Counted from the first letter of the stretch, positions 41,710 to 51,916 are shown. The stretch: DNA of 64,000 bases from Candidatus Cloacimonadota bacterium (GCA_963676615.1 OY781092.1:32586-96585), one strand, 5' to 3'. Made by a program: numbers and translations. The notes: generated by a model from the letters alone, not told the origin.

Positions 41710-42090
41710 ATGAGCGTAAGAGGCGGAGATGTAGCACAAGTGATGCTGTTTGATAGAGAGTTTGACCCAGCAGAGGGTTCGGCGGTGACTTTGATTTTGT
41801 CTGGATATACTAGCGCGAGCACGCCCACAGGCAATGGCAAAGTTCATACAAAAAAAACACGGAAACTTGGTGGCTTTGATGGACTAGCGATTAGTTGCGA
41901 TATCGACAAAGGAGATTTTGAGTATTTGCAAGAAAAAAGCAGCTCGGGAGAGACGGGCAACTGTTCAATCACGCTGGTGACAGGCGACACCTATCAAGGC
42001 GATTTGGCGCTAGAGGGCGATTTGAACTATAGCACAGACTCGGGGCAGGTCGAGGTATCGGCGAGAGGGGCAAAATTTGAAAAAATTTAA
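41710..42090 (+). CDS. Tail tube protein
   Basis: 126 aa directly after the sheath. Confidence 0.6.
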   Translation: MSVRGGDVAQVMLFDREFDPAEGSAVTLILSGYTSASTPTGNGKVHTKKTRKLGGFDGLAISCDIDKGDFEYLQEKSSSGETGNCSITLVTGDTYQGDLALEGDLNYSTDSGQVEVSARGAKFEKI

Positions 42091-42105
42091 TAAAAGAGGA
42101 CAAAA

Positions 42106-42495
42106 ATGAACGAAGTAATGAGCCAAGAGGTGGCGGCAGAAGAGATAAAGTCGTGGGCTAGCGCTTTGGATGTAGATTTGGCAGGGAAAGACGATTTTTT
42201 GGAGATAGTGACAAAATCTCTGATGAGAGGTAAAATCGCTTTTAGCGAAGATGAAGAAACTTTTGACTTCACTTTGCGTAAACCTTTGCAGCTCGACAAT
42301 GGCGAGAGTTTGGCGTCTATTAAATTGCGAGAGTTGACCGCAGGACAGACGCAGTCTGCGAACAAAGCAGATAAGATTGCAACGATGTTGGCGATGATCT
42401 CGGCTATGAGTAAACAACCGCTGGGGGTAATTCGACGCATCAAACAGCGTGATATTAACACGATGGCGGCTGTTTTTGCTCTTTTTTTTTCATAG
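42106..42495 (+). CDS. Tail assembly chaperone (short form)
   Basis: Position between tube and tape measure. Ends just after a T9 slippery run. Confidence 0.7.
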   Translation: MNEVMSQEVAAEEIKSWASALDVDLAGKDDFLEIVTKSLMRGKIAFSEDEETFDFTLRKPLQLDNGESLASIKLRELTAGQTQSANKADKIATMLAMISAMSKQPLGVIRRIKQRDINTMAAVFALFFS

Positions 42496-42632
42496 CTGAT
42501 CCTTGGGCGATGATGGTCACCGTTGCCGACAGGTTCAAATGGTCTTTGGCAGAGATTAAAAAGATGAAAATTGGCGAGCTAAAAAAATGGTATGAGGCGG
42601 TGGACAAGCTGATTGAGAGCGAAAAGGGTTAG
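42106..42632 (+). CDS. Tail assembly chaperone, -1 frameshift-extended form (predicted)
   Basis: T TTT TTT heptamer at 42483-42489. The -1 frame stays open for 46 more codons (..ADPWAMMVTVADRFKWSLAEIKKM..ESEKG) to TAG 42630-42632. Confidence 0.6.
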
Positions 42633-42643
42633 CTCAAAAAAAA

Positions 42644-42676
42644 AAGGCGGTGGATTGTCTTAATCCACCGCCTTTT
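42644..42676. terminator. Strong hairpin (13-bp perfect stem) flanked by A-run and T-run
   Basis: AAGGCGGTGGATT-gtctt-AATCCACCGCCTT followed by TT. Confidence 0.7.
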
Positions 42677-42742
42677 GATTTGACCGACTCTCTTAAAAAA
42701 AATTCTATTAAGCTAGAAATAAAAAAAATAGGGAGCTAAGCG

Positions 42743-43411
42743 GTGCAAATTAGAGTAATAATGGATAATGATGCTGCAATCAAAGCGCTTGCCAATTTTG
42801 GTCTTAAAAAAGCGCCAAAAATAGTTGCTAAAACTCTCAACCAAACCGCTGAGGCTGTTACTAACCAACTACAACGCAACATCAAGCGACAATTCATTCT
42901 TCGAAGCAAATTCACGCTGAGATCTACAGTATCGCCCTGCGCTAGACCTTACAAAGCCCTAAATAAAGCCAGCGGCAGGAGTATTGCTCGGATGTTTAGC
43001 CGAGCAGGCTCTGCCTCGCCTTATCTTTGGAAGCAAGAAGATGGCGGCATTTTCGCCGCTAAAAAAGGGGGCGCATATCCTGTGGCTACCACAAAAAGTC
43101 GAGTAAGCGGGTCTCTGCGCCGCGCTGTTCGCAAAGCATATCGATTGCCTTTGCAAAGTTTAACAGATGGGGAGTATGGGGAAATAGGGGATGCTTTTAT
43201 TGGCGTGCCCAAAGGCGGTAACCGCAAGCGTGGGCTTTATAAAAGAACGAGCAAAGCTCTTATTAAATTACGCTCGCTTTCCGCAAAAAATATTCGCATC
43301 AAACCTCGTAAATTTTTCGCTCGGGCGGTGGCAAAATACGGCACACCGCAGTTTATCGATCACAAATTTTCGCAAATTTTTAATTCCGAAATGAGGCGAA
43401 AAAATGGCTAA
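42743..43411 (+). CDS. Basic phage virion protein (HK97-gp10 / morphogenesis-like, tentative)
   Basis: GTG start. Very basic 222-aa ORF that overlaps the tape-measure start. Confidence 0.45.
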   Translation: MQIRVIMDNDAAIKALANFGLKKAPKIVAKTLNQTAEAVTNQLQRNIKRQFILRSKFTLRSTVSPCARPYKALNKASGRSIARMFSRAGSASPYLWKQEDGGIFAAKKGGAYPVATTKSRVSGSLRRAVRKAYRLPLQSLTDGEYGEIGDAFIGVPKGGNRKRGLYKRTSKALIKLRSLSAKNIRIKPRKFFARAVAKYGTPQFIDHKFSQIFNSEMRRKNG

Positions 43412-45101
43412 AAATGCGACAACTTCTATAACCTTTAAGGCTGTTGATAGAGTAACCGCACCGCTTAAGCGGATGAATAGGGCTGTGGATATGTTTGCCA
43501 AAACCGCTCTTATCGGAGGTGTGGCGACCCTCGGCGCAGGGCTAGCAGTAGCCACACACGAATACATCAAGTTTGAAGACAGCATCACCGCCGCTTCGGC
43601 AAAATTCACAGAGGATTATCAAAAAGGCACAGCTGGTTTTGAGCAGCTCAAAAAATCGGCTCGGGCGATCGGGGCTGCCACGGAATATTCAGCCACAGAG
43701 GCAGCTCAAGGCTTAGATTTTATGGCAAAAGCAGGTTATGATGCTACCAAGTCGATGAAACTTTTGCCTGGTGTGGTCGATTTGGCGACAGCAGCCCAAA
43801 CAGACTTTGCCCAGGCGGCAGATATAGCTTCGGACTCTATCGGTGCGTTTGGTCTCAATAGCGATAATGCCGAAGTTTTGGGGAAGAATTTTAGTAGAGT
43901 GATGGATGTGATGGCTAAGACGACCACTACCTCTAACACAGACCTTGTCGAACTTTTTGAAACTGTAAAAAAGGGAGCGCCTAGTTTTACATCTGCCGGG
44001 CAAAGTATGGAAAGTTTTAACGCTTTAGCTGGTGTGATGGCGGGTGCGGGTGTGAAAGGGGCAGAGAGTGGAACGCAGCTGCGCAATGTTATGCTTAGCC
44101 TTGCTAAAGCGACGCCCGAGGCAGAAGAGACCCTTGCGGGGTTGGGAGTGCAAACCCAAGATGCAAATGGCAATTTTCGAGATGTTATCGATATTTTGGC
44201 AGATTTAGAAAATGGTTTGAAGGGGATGGGCTCAGCACAAAAATCGGCAGCTATTACCACAATTTTTGGCAGACGAGCACAAACGGGCGTGAATATTTTG
44301 CTAAAAGAGGGCTCCGAAAAGCTACGATCCTACCGCGCCAAGCTGGACAATTCTGCGGGAGCGTCCGCCAAAATGGCGGCAGTGATGCGAGATAGCCTGG
44401 GCAATCAGATAAAAATTATGAAGTCGGCTCTCACAGAGCTTGGGTTTAAATTTGTTGAGGCTTTTCAAAAACAAGGCAGTGGCGGATTGAAGAAATTTAC
44501 GGATGCTGTTCAGAAATACGACCCGACTCCAATCGTAAATGGGCTGACCAGCGCTCTACGATTTTTCAAAAGGATGTGGGATGGTGGCTTTATCCAAGCG
44601 CTTGTGGCAGGGATAGCTGCCTACAAAGCGAGCGCAAAAGCCCTTGCGGCGTATAAGATTGCAATGGATTTATACAAAATAAGTTTGGAAAAAACAATCA
44701 CTCTTCAAAGCATTTTTAACGCTATTAGTCCTATTGGGTGGATAACTATCGCTGTGGCTGGACTTACTCTATTCTACAACAATATAGATTGGGTTCAAAA
44801 AAAAGTAGAAGAATTAAGAGGATGGATATTAAAAGTATTTGAACCAATAAGTTGGATGTTTAGTGGCAGCCAAACCCCAGCTTTCGCAGGTGGCGGAGCG
44901 TGGGGTGATGCCAGAGGTTATAATTCTTCGAGCTCTCCTATTATTTCTGCTAACTCTGGAGTGATCCAGCGTTCTGAAAGCATAAAAACTAACCGCAGTG
45001 AGGTGGCTTTAAAATTCCAAAACGCACCTGCGGGGATGTCTTATCAGCAAACAGGCAACGCCCCAGATGTGACGATAGATACGGGCTACAGGATGCGATG
45101 A
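43404..45101 (+). CDS. Tail tape measure protein
   Basis: The core region ...AIGAATEYSATEAAQGLDFMAKAGYDATKSM..LPGVVDLATAAQTDF..AADI.SD is typical of tape-measure proteins. Hydrophobic C-terminal segment. Confidence 0.9.
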   Translation: MAKNATTSITFKAVDRVTAPLKRMNRAVDMFAKTALIGGVATLGAGLAVATHEYIKFEDSITAASAKFTEDYQKGTAGFEQLKKSARAIGAATEYSATEAAQGLDFMAKAGYDATKSMKLLPGVVDLATAAQTDFAQAADIASDSIGAFGLNSDNAEVLGKNFSRVMDVMAKTTTTSNTDLVELFETVKKGAPSFTSAGQSMESFNALAGVMAGAGVKGAESGTQLRNVMLSLAKATPEAEETLAGLGVQTQDANGNFRDVIDILADLENGLKGMGSAQKSAAITTIFGRRAQTGVNILLKEGSEKLRSYRAKLDNSAGASAKMAAVMRDSLGNQIKIMKSALTELGFKFVEAFQKQGSGGLKKFTDAVQKYDPTPIVNGLTSALRFFKRMWDGGFIQALVAGIAAYKASAKALAAYKIAMDLYKISLEKTITLQSIFNAISPIGWITIAVAGLTLFYNNIDWVQKKVEELRGWILKVFEPISWMFSGSQTPAFAGGGAWGDARGYNSSSSPIISANSGVIQRSESIKTNRSEVALKFQNAPAGMSYQQTGNAPDVTIDTGYRMR

Positions 45102-46309
45102 TGAGCTATTTAGATAGATTGCGAGATTTACGATACACTGCCCCGAGTGGTGCAGAGTTTACGGCACATTTCGTCCAGGTTAGTAGAGCTGGCGGCAAAA
45201 AAGCGCCTGTGACAGAGTTCCCAGGGCAAAACCAAGGAGCTGTGCAAGATTTGGGGGCGACTACGCCGATTTTGCCGATTAGTTGCTATATCGATGGCGA
45301 TGATTATGATATTACCGCAGATCAATTTTGGGTTGCTCTTTTTGAAAAAGGGACTGGATTTTTACATCATCCTCGCTGGGGCGACATCAGAGTTTTGCCA
45401 GTGCCCAAGTCGCAAAAAGAAAATTTTGTGGAAGGTGTGGGTCGAGCTGATTTTGAGATAGATTTTATCAAAGTAGATGATGAGATTTTTGATTATCCCG
45501 ACGCCTTACTAAACCACCAAGCGGAGGTTGGAGCAAATGTAGATGCAGCAGTGGATGTTATCGCCGAGTCTGTGCCAACAAATTTGAGCACCGCCGAAAC
45601 AGATGGGCTGAAAGGGATGGCTCAAGACACAGTGGACGCTGTGGCTGGGGCTTTTGGCGCTCTAGCAGACATAACCGCAGAGGTGCGCTCCGAGATTGAG
45701 CAAGTTATCGCAGATGTGACAAATAATATAGATACGCTCGTTGATGGTCCAGCAAATTTGATGCGTGAGATGTTGCGTTTGTATCGTTTACCTGCCAGGG
45801 TCGTAGGCAATATTCAGGCGAAAATTAGTGCTTACAAAACAATTTTTGAAAACTTGGTGGATGGATACAAACAAACTACAGCCGATTTTGGCGAGAACAT
45901 CGGTAAGATGGCGGTCGGCAGCATTTCTGGGTTGCAAATCGCCTTGGCGGAGGCTAGCCAATACGGCACTTTTGCCACCCGCAACCAAAGCGGGGAGGCT
46001 ATGGCGGAGTTGGTCGAGCTGAACGCATCTATCACGAATGGTTTGCAAGATTTGGGTGGGACAGATTACGCACTCCAAAAAGCGATTGATTTGTCCAGAG
46101 CCACGAGCCTTGCTGGACTGGTGATCGATGCTCTTAATTTGCCCGCAGAAAAAAAACACACCCTAACCGCAAATCAAACGCCGCTGCAGGTCGTTTGGGA
46201 TTTATATGGTTATGTGGAGAGGCTGGACGAGTTTATCGAGTTTAACGATTTGGCTGGTGATGAAATTTTGTGGTTGCCAGCTGGGACCAAGGTGCTATAT
46301 TATGATTAG
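45098..46309 (+). CDS. DNA circulation protein (Mu gp43-like)
   Basis: N-terminal SYLDRLRDLRYTAPSGAEF...PG.N...QDLG pattern and position after the TMP. Confidence 0.8.
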   Translation: MMSYLDRLRDLRYTAPSGAEFTAHFVQVSRAGGKKAPVTEFPGQNQGAVQDLGATTPILPISCYIDGDDYDITADQFWVALFEKGTGFLHHPRWGDIRVLPVPKSQKENFVEGVGRADFEIDFIKVDDEIFDYPDALLNHQAEVGANVDAAVDVIAESVPTNLSTAETDGLKGMAQDTVDAVAGAFGALADITAEVRSEIEQVIADVTNNIDTLVDGPANLMREMLRLYRLPARVVGNIQAKISAYKTIFENLVDGYKQTTADFGENIGKMAVGSISGLQIALAEASQYGTFATRNQSGEAMAELVELNASITNGLQDLGGTDYALQKAIDLSRATSLAGLVIDALNLPAEKKHTLTANQTPLQVVWDLYGYVERLDEFIEFNDLAGDEILWLPAGTKVLYYD

Positions 46310-47369
46310 CCCCGCCAGCATTGCCACTGCGGCAAAAATCAGCTTGCAAATCGATAACAAAGAGCTACGAGGATTTACTGGTTTGACGGTAACTAGATCG
46401 GTAAATGCTTGCGCTGATGCGTTTTCGTTTGCCCTGCCGTGGCGAGCAACCACCCAAAATTTGGGACTTTTTTGCCCTTTTAGTCTGCCAGTTGTCAAAA
46501 TTTTGGTAGAGACAGATTTAAAAAAAGAGACGCTTTTGTCGGGATATTTGGAAAAAGAGACCTTTGGGGTGGTAGCAGAGGCGAACACGCTAAACATAGA
46601 GGGACGCTCAGCTGCGGGCATATTGTTGGACATCGCCGCACAACCTTATCAGCTCGACAATTTGACATTCAACCAGATTTCTACCGCATTTTACAAATCT
46701 TTGGACCCGAGGGCTAGAGTGGGGATAGCTTACGCAGAGCCAGATACACAGACAATCTCGGAGGTGCAGGTGAATGTGGGTGACACGCAGTTCGGCGTTT
46801 TGTCCAAAATTGCCCAAGCTCTGGGGTTGTATCCGTGTCCGCAGACAAACGGCAGGTTAAAATTTCAAAAAATCGACACAAAGAAAAACTTCGCCACGCT
46901 GGAGCAAGGCAAAGGCGTTGTGCGAAGTGTGTCGGCAACCTACGACTCCACTAAGCGGTTTCAAGAGTATTTGGCAGTGGGTAATTTTGTTGGCAAACAG
47001 AGCCACGCGACGGTGCAAGACTCTCAGAATTTCGGTCTTGCCAAACGGGGCAGAAGTATCGCCGAAAACAAACAGGAAACCACCACCATAGAGGCGTCCG
47101 CAAAAAACTTGCGAGCAAATGCTTTGCGAAACTCTTTCAATGTTTCGGCAGTCGTGGATGGCTGGCACTACAAGGGCGAATTGTGGCAACCGGGGCAACT
47201 CGTCTCCCTAACCGCTCCGGGCGTTTATATCAATAGTCCTTTTCAGCTTCTAATTCAAAAAATCGACTACAAATTGGATACCAGCGGCGGGCAAACCTCC
47301 ACCCTCGAATTTGTGCATCCGTCGGTCTATGATGGCTCCGAGCCGAAGGGTATGCCGTGGGTTTCTTAA
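46302..47369 (+). CDS. Baseplate hub protein (Mu gp44/P-like)
   Basis: Position. Internal ATG 46302 overlaps the upstream stop. Confidence 0.6.
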   Translation: MISPASIATAAKISLQIDNKELRGFTGLTVTRSVNACADAFSFALPWRATTQNLGLFCPFSLPVVKILVETDLKKETLLSGYLEKETFGVVAEANTLNIEGRSAAGILLDIAAQPYQLDNLTFNQISTAFYKSLDPRARVGIAYAEPDTQTISEVQVNVGDTQFGVLSKIAQALGLYPCPQTNGRLKFQKIDTKKNFATLEQGKGVVRSVSATYDSTKRFQEYLAVGNFVGKQSHATVQDSQNFGLAKRGRSIAENKQETTTIEASAKNLRANALRNSFNVSAVVDGWHYKGELWQPGQLVSLTAPGVYINSPFQLLIQKIDYKLDTSGGQTSTLEFVHPSVYDGSEPKGMPWVS

Positions 47370-47917
47370 GTATTTGCAAAAAAATAAGCTACGCTGTGCG
47401 GGCTACCGCTCCAGGCAAGGCGACGATTTTGAGAACCTCGGCACCAGCGGGGCAAGTGCGCAGCTTGGAGATGTATCAAACGCCAGGCGTCGCCTCAGCT
47501 CCCACGGCTGACGATAGGCTGGTTGAAGCAGAAATTGGCAGTGGCAAGCGGGTGGTAATAGCCACGCACAACTACAAAGTCGAGGTTGCTGTAAAGGCAG
47601 GCGAGACTATTATCTACTCCACAGACTCGGTAGGACAGGCGATTAGCAATCAAATTAAATTGGACAATGCGGGCAATATCGCTATTGGGGAAAGCGATAA
47701 TCAAATTTTGGTGGATAGTAAGGGCAATATCGATTTGGGGGGTGATGCTCGCACTTTTGTGACTTGGACAGAGCTAAATGCCGCCTTGCAATTACTGATG
47801 ACAGCGCTTAATTCACATACGCACAAGATAAGTCCAGGGGCATCTACTTTGCAGCCAAATACTCCACTGTCTATCGACATTTCGGCAGCAAACACGGCAA
47901 CGGTGAGGACGCGGTGA
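47357..47917 (+). CDS. Baseplate spike/assembly protein V (Mu gp45-like)
   Basis: OB-like N-terminal half and C-terminal ..HTH.. tip motif. Position. Confidence 0.7.
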   Translation: MGFLSICKKISYAVRATAPGKATILRTSAPAGQVRSLEMYQTPGVASAPTADDRLVEAEIGSGKRVVIATHNYKVEVAVKAGETIIYSTDSVGQAISNQIKLDNAGNIAIGESDNQILVDSKGNIDLGGDARTFVTWTELNAALQLLMTALNSHTHKISPGASTLQPNTPLSIDISAANTATVRTR

Positions 47918-48288
47918 AAGATTTGAAACTTTTGGAGCAAGTCCCAGCAGATGTGGACATCTCCGCTGGACAACTGCGAACAAGCGGCAGCCTCTACAAC
48001 GCCGTGTTTTTGTCTCTTTTTGTGCCGTCCAGCTGGCAAAACGAGTTTTTGCGACAGAAGTTGGAGAGCAGAATCCCCGAAATGATGCAAAAAAATCTAA
48101 CAAATCAAAATCGGTTAAACATAATAGCCGAGGCAGAGCGGGTGTTGGAGTGGCTTGTGCCAGAAGTGGCGGAGAGTGTGGCGGTGACAGCTACTATTCC
48201 CGCAAGAGGCAGACTAAATCTGGAGGTAAAAACAAACCAGCCAGACAACACCCTCAACTATCAACTAAATTGGGAGAGTATGCGATGA
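47914..48288 (+). CDS. Baseplate protein GP46 family
   Basis: GQL.TSGSLYNAV.LSLF pattern typical of GP46. GTG start overlaps the upstream stop. Confidence 0.7.
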   Translation: MKDLKLLEQVPADVDISAGQLRTSGSLYNAVFLSLFVPSSWQNEFLRQKLESRIPEMMQKNLTNQNRLNIIAEAERVLEWLVPEVAESVAVTATIPARGRLNLEVKTNQPDNTLNYQLNWESMR

Positions 48289-49400
48289 TCACAATTCCTA
48301 CAATTTCCGAAATAAAAGAGCAAATTTTGGCAGACTTGGAGGCGAGCCAGACCACAACTCCGCTTGTGTTGGTGTCTGTTTTAGAGCTTTTGGCTACTGC
48401 TTATGCGGGAGTTTTATATCTGGCTTATAAATTTGGAGCGTGGTGTTATGCCCAGATTTTTACAGCTACGATGGGTAAGGAGGCTTTGAAGCTCCGTGCG
48501 CAACGGTATGGCATTAGTGTAAACTCCGCTACAGAGTGCCAGGCGTTCGCCACAGCCACAGGCACAGATGGCGTCGTGATAGCAGCTGGGAAATTGGCAG
48601 AGATAGATGGCAATGCCTATGCGGTAATGGATACGGTGGTTATCGCAGGGGAAACACAGGTTAAAATCAAATCGCTTTTGACTGGCGAAAATTATCAACT
48701 TACCGTTGGTGACGAGCTGAAATTTACCACGCCGCAAATCGGAGTTAATGACGAAATTTGCATCTCTGAGATTGTGCAAAACGCCGAGGATGAGCAAACC
48801 GTGGAGTCTCTTCGTCGCCAAGTGCAACAGCGGGAGCAAAACACGCCACAGGGTGGTGCAATCCCCGACTATATTGGCTGGGCTCTGGAGGTTAGTGGAG
48901 TCGGAGAAGCGTTTGTTTGTCGTCCCGCAGCTGGTTTTGTGAATGTTTATGTGCTCACAGATGAGACAGATCCTGCCGATAGGTTGCCAAATGCAGCTCT
49001 TCGCAGGGCTGTGGGAAATTATATAAATGAGCCTGGGCGCCTGCCTTTTGGTAACAATGTTGTCAGCCCAGAATGGGCGGAGCGGAGCTTTCAGATAGAG
49101 TTTCAAAATTTTAGCACGGGTGGAAATAGTGTGGAGGTAAAAGCTGCGATTGAACAGGCGGTAGTCGATTACATCTACGCCCGTCGCCCGCGACAATACA
49201 CTAATCATTTAATAGATCTGTCCGTAATTGCGGAGGGGCAGCTTTCAAAAATCGCTCTCGAAAATGGCGCAACAAATATCAAGCCGATTTTAAAAAATAG
49301 CGATGGCGATATAATCGCTGGCGGTAAATATCAGCTAGACAACGGAGACGATGCAGTGGAACTCGCCAAAATCTCTGTCGAGGACATCTCGTGGACATAA
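48285..49400 (+). CDS. Baseplate J-like protein (Mu gp47)
   Basis: About 370 aa with an ATGA overlap. Position and baseplate-J-like N-terminus. Confidence 0.8.
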   Translation: MITIPTISEIKEQILADLEASQTTTPLVLVSVLELLATAYAGVLYLAYKFGAWCYAQIFTATMGKEALKLRAQRYGISVNSATECQAFATATGTDGVVIAAGKLAEIDGNAYAVMDTVVIAGETQVKIKSLLTGENYQLTVGDELKFTTPQIGVNDEICISEIVQNAEDEQTVESLRRQVQQREQNTPQGGAIPDYIGWALEVSGVGEAFVCRPAAGFVNVYVLTDETDPADRLPNAALRRAVGNYINEPGRLPFGNNVVSPEWAERSFQIEFQNFSTGGNSVEVKAAIEQAVVDYIYARRPRQYTNHLIDLSVIAEGQLSKIALENGATNIKPILKNSDGDIIAGGKYQLDNGDDAVELAKISVEDISWT

Positions 49401-49993
49401 AAAAAATTCTGGTTGCCTCGTTACCGTTACATCTCGGGGTAAATTTTCGGGCGATTACCCAAAATTTGGGAAAATCGTTGGAGCGGCTAAAACTTTTTTT
49501 TGAAGGTATTATCGTGGAGGCAGACCCTGTCACTGCAACCAAGACGATAGGTTTATGGTGCGAAAATCAGGGGCTAAAATGCGATATAAACCAATCAATT
49601 TCAAAATTGCAACGAGTAGCATCGCAGGCGTTTTTTGGGCTTGGCGCACAAAATAAAACTTATTTAGAGTCGCAAATCCAAAAAGTTTTCCCCGAGATTT
49701 TTTTGAATTATTACAGCTTTGACACTGCTTTTCAGGCAGGTGCTGGGATGTGTGGGAAAATGGTGGCGAGCGATTATCCGTCGTGGGCGCCACATAATGT
49801 TACTTTTGCCAGCTGTTTTTTGGTTTCTGGAACTACAGATTTTGTTTCAGATTTGAAAGTTTTAAAGCAAATAATTGGCAAAATTTGCCCCGCTCACCTA
49901 GAACCAATTTATCAAGTTGAAATTAAGAATTTGCAGGCTACAGCTCAATCGGGGTTTGGGATGTGTGGGATTATGCTAGCAGGCAAAAGTTAA
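49391..49993 (+). CDS. Baseplate/tail protein, DUF2313 (Mu gp48/YmfQ-like)
   Basis: EADPVTATKTIGLWCENQGL matches the DUF2313 e.DP.ta..lL..WE motif. Confidence 0.7.
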   Translation: MDIKKILVASLPLHLGVNFRAITQNLGKSLERLKLFFEGIIVEADPVTATKTIGLWCENQGLKCDINQSISKLQRVASQAFFGLGAQNKTYLESQIQKVFPEIFLNYYSFDTAFQAGAGMCGKMVASDYPSWAPHNVTFASCFLVSGTTDFVSDLKVLKQIIGKICPAHLEPIYQVEIKNLQATAQSGFGMCGIMLAGKS

Positions 49994-50008
49994 AAAAAGG
50001 AGAAAAAA

Positions 50009-51253
50009 ATGAGGAATATAGCGAGCCCAGGTAGTGTCTCTGGGCGATGGGTAGATTATGACGCAGTGACCAACCCGCTTGGCACGATATTTTCGGCACA
50101 GTGGGCCAACGATGTGCAAGATGAAATTACTGGAGTTATCCTTGAGGCGCGCTTGCCGCTGGTGGCAGGGAGCAAGCATAAGATGACAGAAGCTATAAAA
50201 ATAATAGCTTCAGAAACAGTTCCAGCGGCAGAACGATGGGCGAGTGCTGCAGAAGCTCAAATGGGGTTGGTTGAAGACAAGGTTGTCTCGCCAGCAACGA
50301 TTAAGCGGGCAGTCGGCTCTTGGAATTTGAATTTCAAGAACAAAATTATCAACGGCGGGTTTGATGTGTGGCAGAGGGGTGAGAGTTGGAGTGGAACGGA
50401 TAACGGAAACTACATAACAGCAGATAGGTGGAAGTTTGAGGCTGGGTTTGCTCACGGAGGGACACTATCTTCTAGCAGAAGCAAAAATATTTTGTTGCCA
50501 AATGGAGACTATGTGAATACTCTTAATATTTCTTTGCAAAATCCTAGTTCAAGACTTTGGGTTTCAACAACTGTGGAGAATGTTTTGCAGTCTAGTGGCA
50601 AAACATACACTTTGTCTTTTTACGCAAGAGCAGACACCCCAATTGATTTAGACTACATTCTGTTATTTCAAAGATATAATATAACAGACCAGTCTATTGT
50701 TACTCCCACACAAACTGCTTCAATTACGCAGTCTTGGCAAAGGTTTAGCTTTGTTTTTAGTTTGCCCGAAATTCCAAGTGATGCAAATATTGAGGAAGAT
50801 TGTAATTATTTTGGGGTGGATATAGCAACGCAAGAGGGTAATATTGTTCCTTGGGATAATGTGCAATTTGCTCAGGTTCAGTTAGAAGAGGGCGAGATTG
50901 CTACAGAGTTTGAGAAAAGACCGTTGCAAGTCGAAGAGTTGTTATGCAAGCGGTATTATGAAGTTTTAGGCAAGACTGGTTCAATGTTTATTCCTTTTAT
51001 TGCAAATGGCAATGCTAGTTGGGCGTCTGTTCAGATGTATCCTAAGCGAACAAAAAATTATTCAGTTTCTGTGGTTAATTCTGCAGAAATTTTCTGGCTA
51101 TATGGTGCTAGTGCGGTTCAGACAAGTGTAGCCCCTTCATTACATTACTGTGGCTATAGTCATTTAGCATTATCTCACGGAGTAGAGACTGTTGCAGGGC
51201 GTGCGTCTTTAGCCGCATATTTTAACCCAATTGAAATTGATGCAGAATTGTAG
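50009..51253 (+). CDS. Tail fibre protein
   Basis: N-terminal WANDVQDEI fibre motif. C-terminal jelly-roll-like region with VQLEEGEIATEFEKRP...CKRYYE. Confidence 0.8.
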   Translation: MRNIASPGSVSGRWVDYDAVTNPLGTIFSAQWANDVQDEITGVILEARLPLVAGSKHKMTEAIKIIASETVPAAERWASAAEAQMGLVEDKVVSPATIKRAVGSWNLNFKNKIINGGFDVWQRGESWSGTDNGNYITADRWKFEAGFAHGGTLSSSRSKNILLPNGDYVNTLNISLQNPSSRLWVSTTVENVLQSSGKTYTLSFYARADTPIDLDYILLFQRYNITDQSIVTPTQTASITQSWQRFSFVFSLPEIPSDANIEEDCNYFGVDIATQEGNIVPWDNVQFAQVQLEEGEIATEFEKRPLQVEELLCKRYYEVLGKTGSMFIPFIANGNASWASVQMYPKRTKNYSVSVVNSAEIFWLYGASAVQTSVAPSLHYCGYSHLALSHGVETVAGRASLAAYFNPIEIDAEL

Positions 51254-51261
51254 GAGAGAAA

Positions 51262-51639
51262 ATGAAAATTGAAAGTGTAAAATTGCAAAATGGCGGGTAT
51301 GTTATAAATGATAACCTGTTTGTGCCTGCGGCTGAGGGAAATAGGGACTATCGAGCGGTGCAGAAATGGATTGCAGATGGTGGAAATGTTGAGCCAGAGT
51401 TTTCGGAAGAAAAAATTTTGCAGAATAAGGTAGCAAAAAAGAAAGCGGAGCGGGATGCAAAGCTCAGAGAGACGGACATTTATCTCGTCGCAGATTTCCC
51501 GATTTCGAGCGAAAAACTAGAGCAAATGAAGTCGTATCGCGAATATTTGCGGCATATCCCCGAGGATGAAAAATTCCCCGAAGTAGAGGTTTTGGGGTTT
51601 GAGGTTTGGAATAAGGAGGGCGAAAATGGCGGAGCTTGA
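51262..51639 (+). CDS. Tail fibre assembly chaperone
   Basis: R.AKLRETDIYLVADFPIS...YREYLR pattern. Follows the fibre gene. Confidence 0.65.
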   Translation: MKIESVKLQNGGYVINDNLFVPAAEGNRDYRAVQKWIADGGNVEPEFSEEKILQNKVAKKKAERDAKLRETDIYLVADFPISSEKLEQMKSYREYLRHIPEDEKFPEVEVLGFEVWNKEGENGGA

Positions 51640-51916
51640 CACGAAGTTTGAGCTGTTGATGAAAGATCTCAACACGCTTGTGGCAGACCAAAATAAGTTG
51701 CTGAAGCGCTTCGAGAAGAATGACGAAAAGACGAACAAAATTTTTACTGTGCTGTTGGGTGTAGGTGGAAAATGCGGGCTTTTGGAGGATTTGGCGACGA
51801 TGAAACGGGAGATGTCGGATGTTAAGATTTTCAAACACAAGTTGGTCGGCTATGTTGGCGGAGCGTATGCTTTACTTGGTTTGATAGCGATTTTAGCGCG
51901 TTTGGGGGTGTTGTAG
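51626..51916 (+). CDS. XhlA-like lysis-associated membrane protein
   Basis: Coiled-coil N-terminus plus a single C-terminal TM (VGGAYALLGLIAILARLGVL). Precedes the holin-like gene. Confidence 0.5.
   Translation: MAELDTKFELLMKDLNTLVADQNKLLKRFEKNDEKTNKIFTVLLGVGGKCGLLEDLATMKREMSDVKIFKHKLVGYVGGAYALLGLIAILARLGVL

Noticed and set aside
48414-49208. 264-aa minus-strand ORF
   Set aside because: It is antisense to the baseplate J gene, so it is a shadow ORF.
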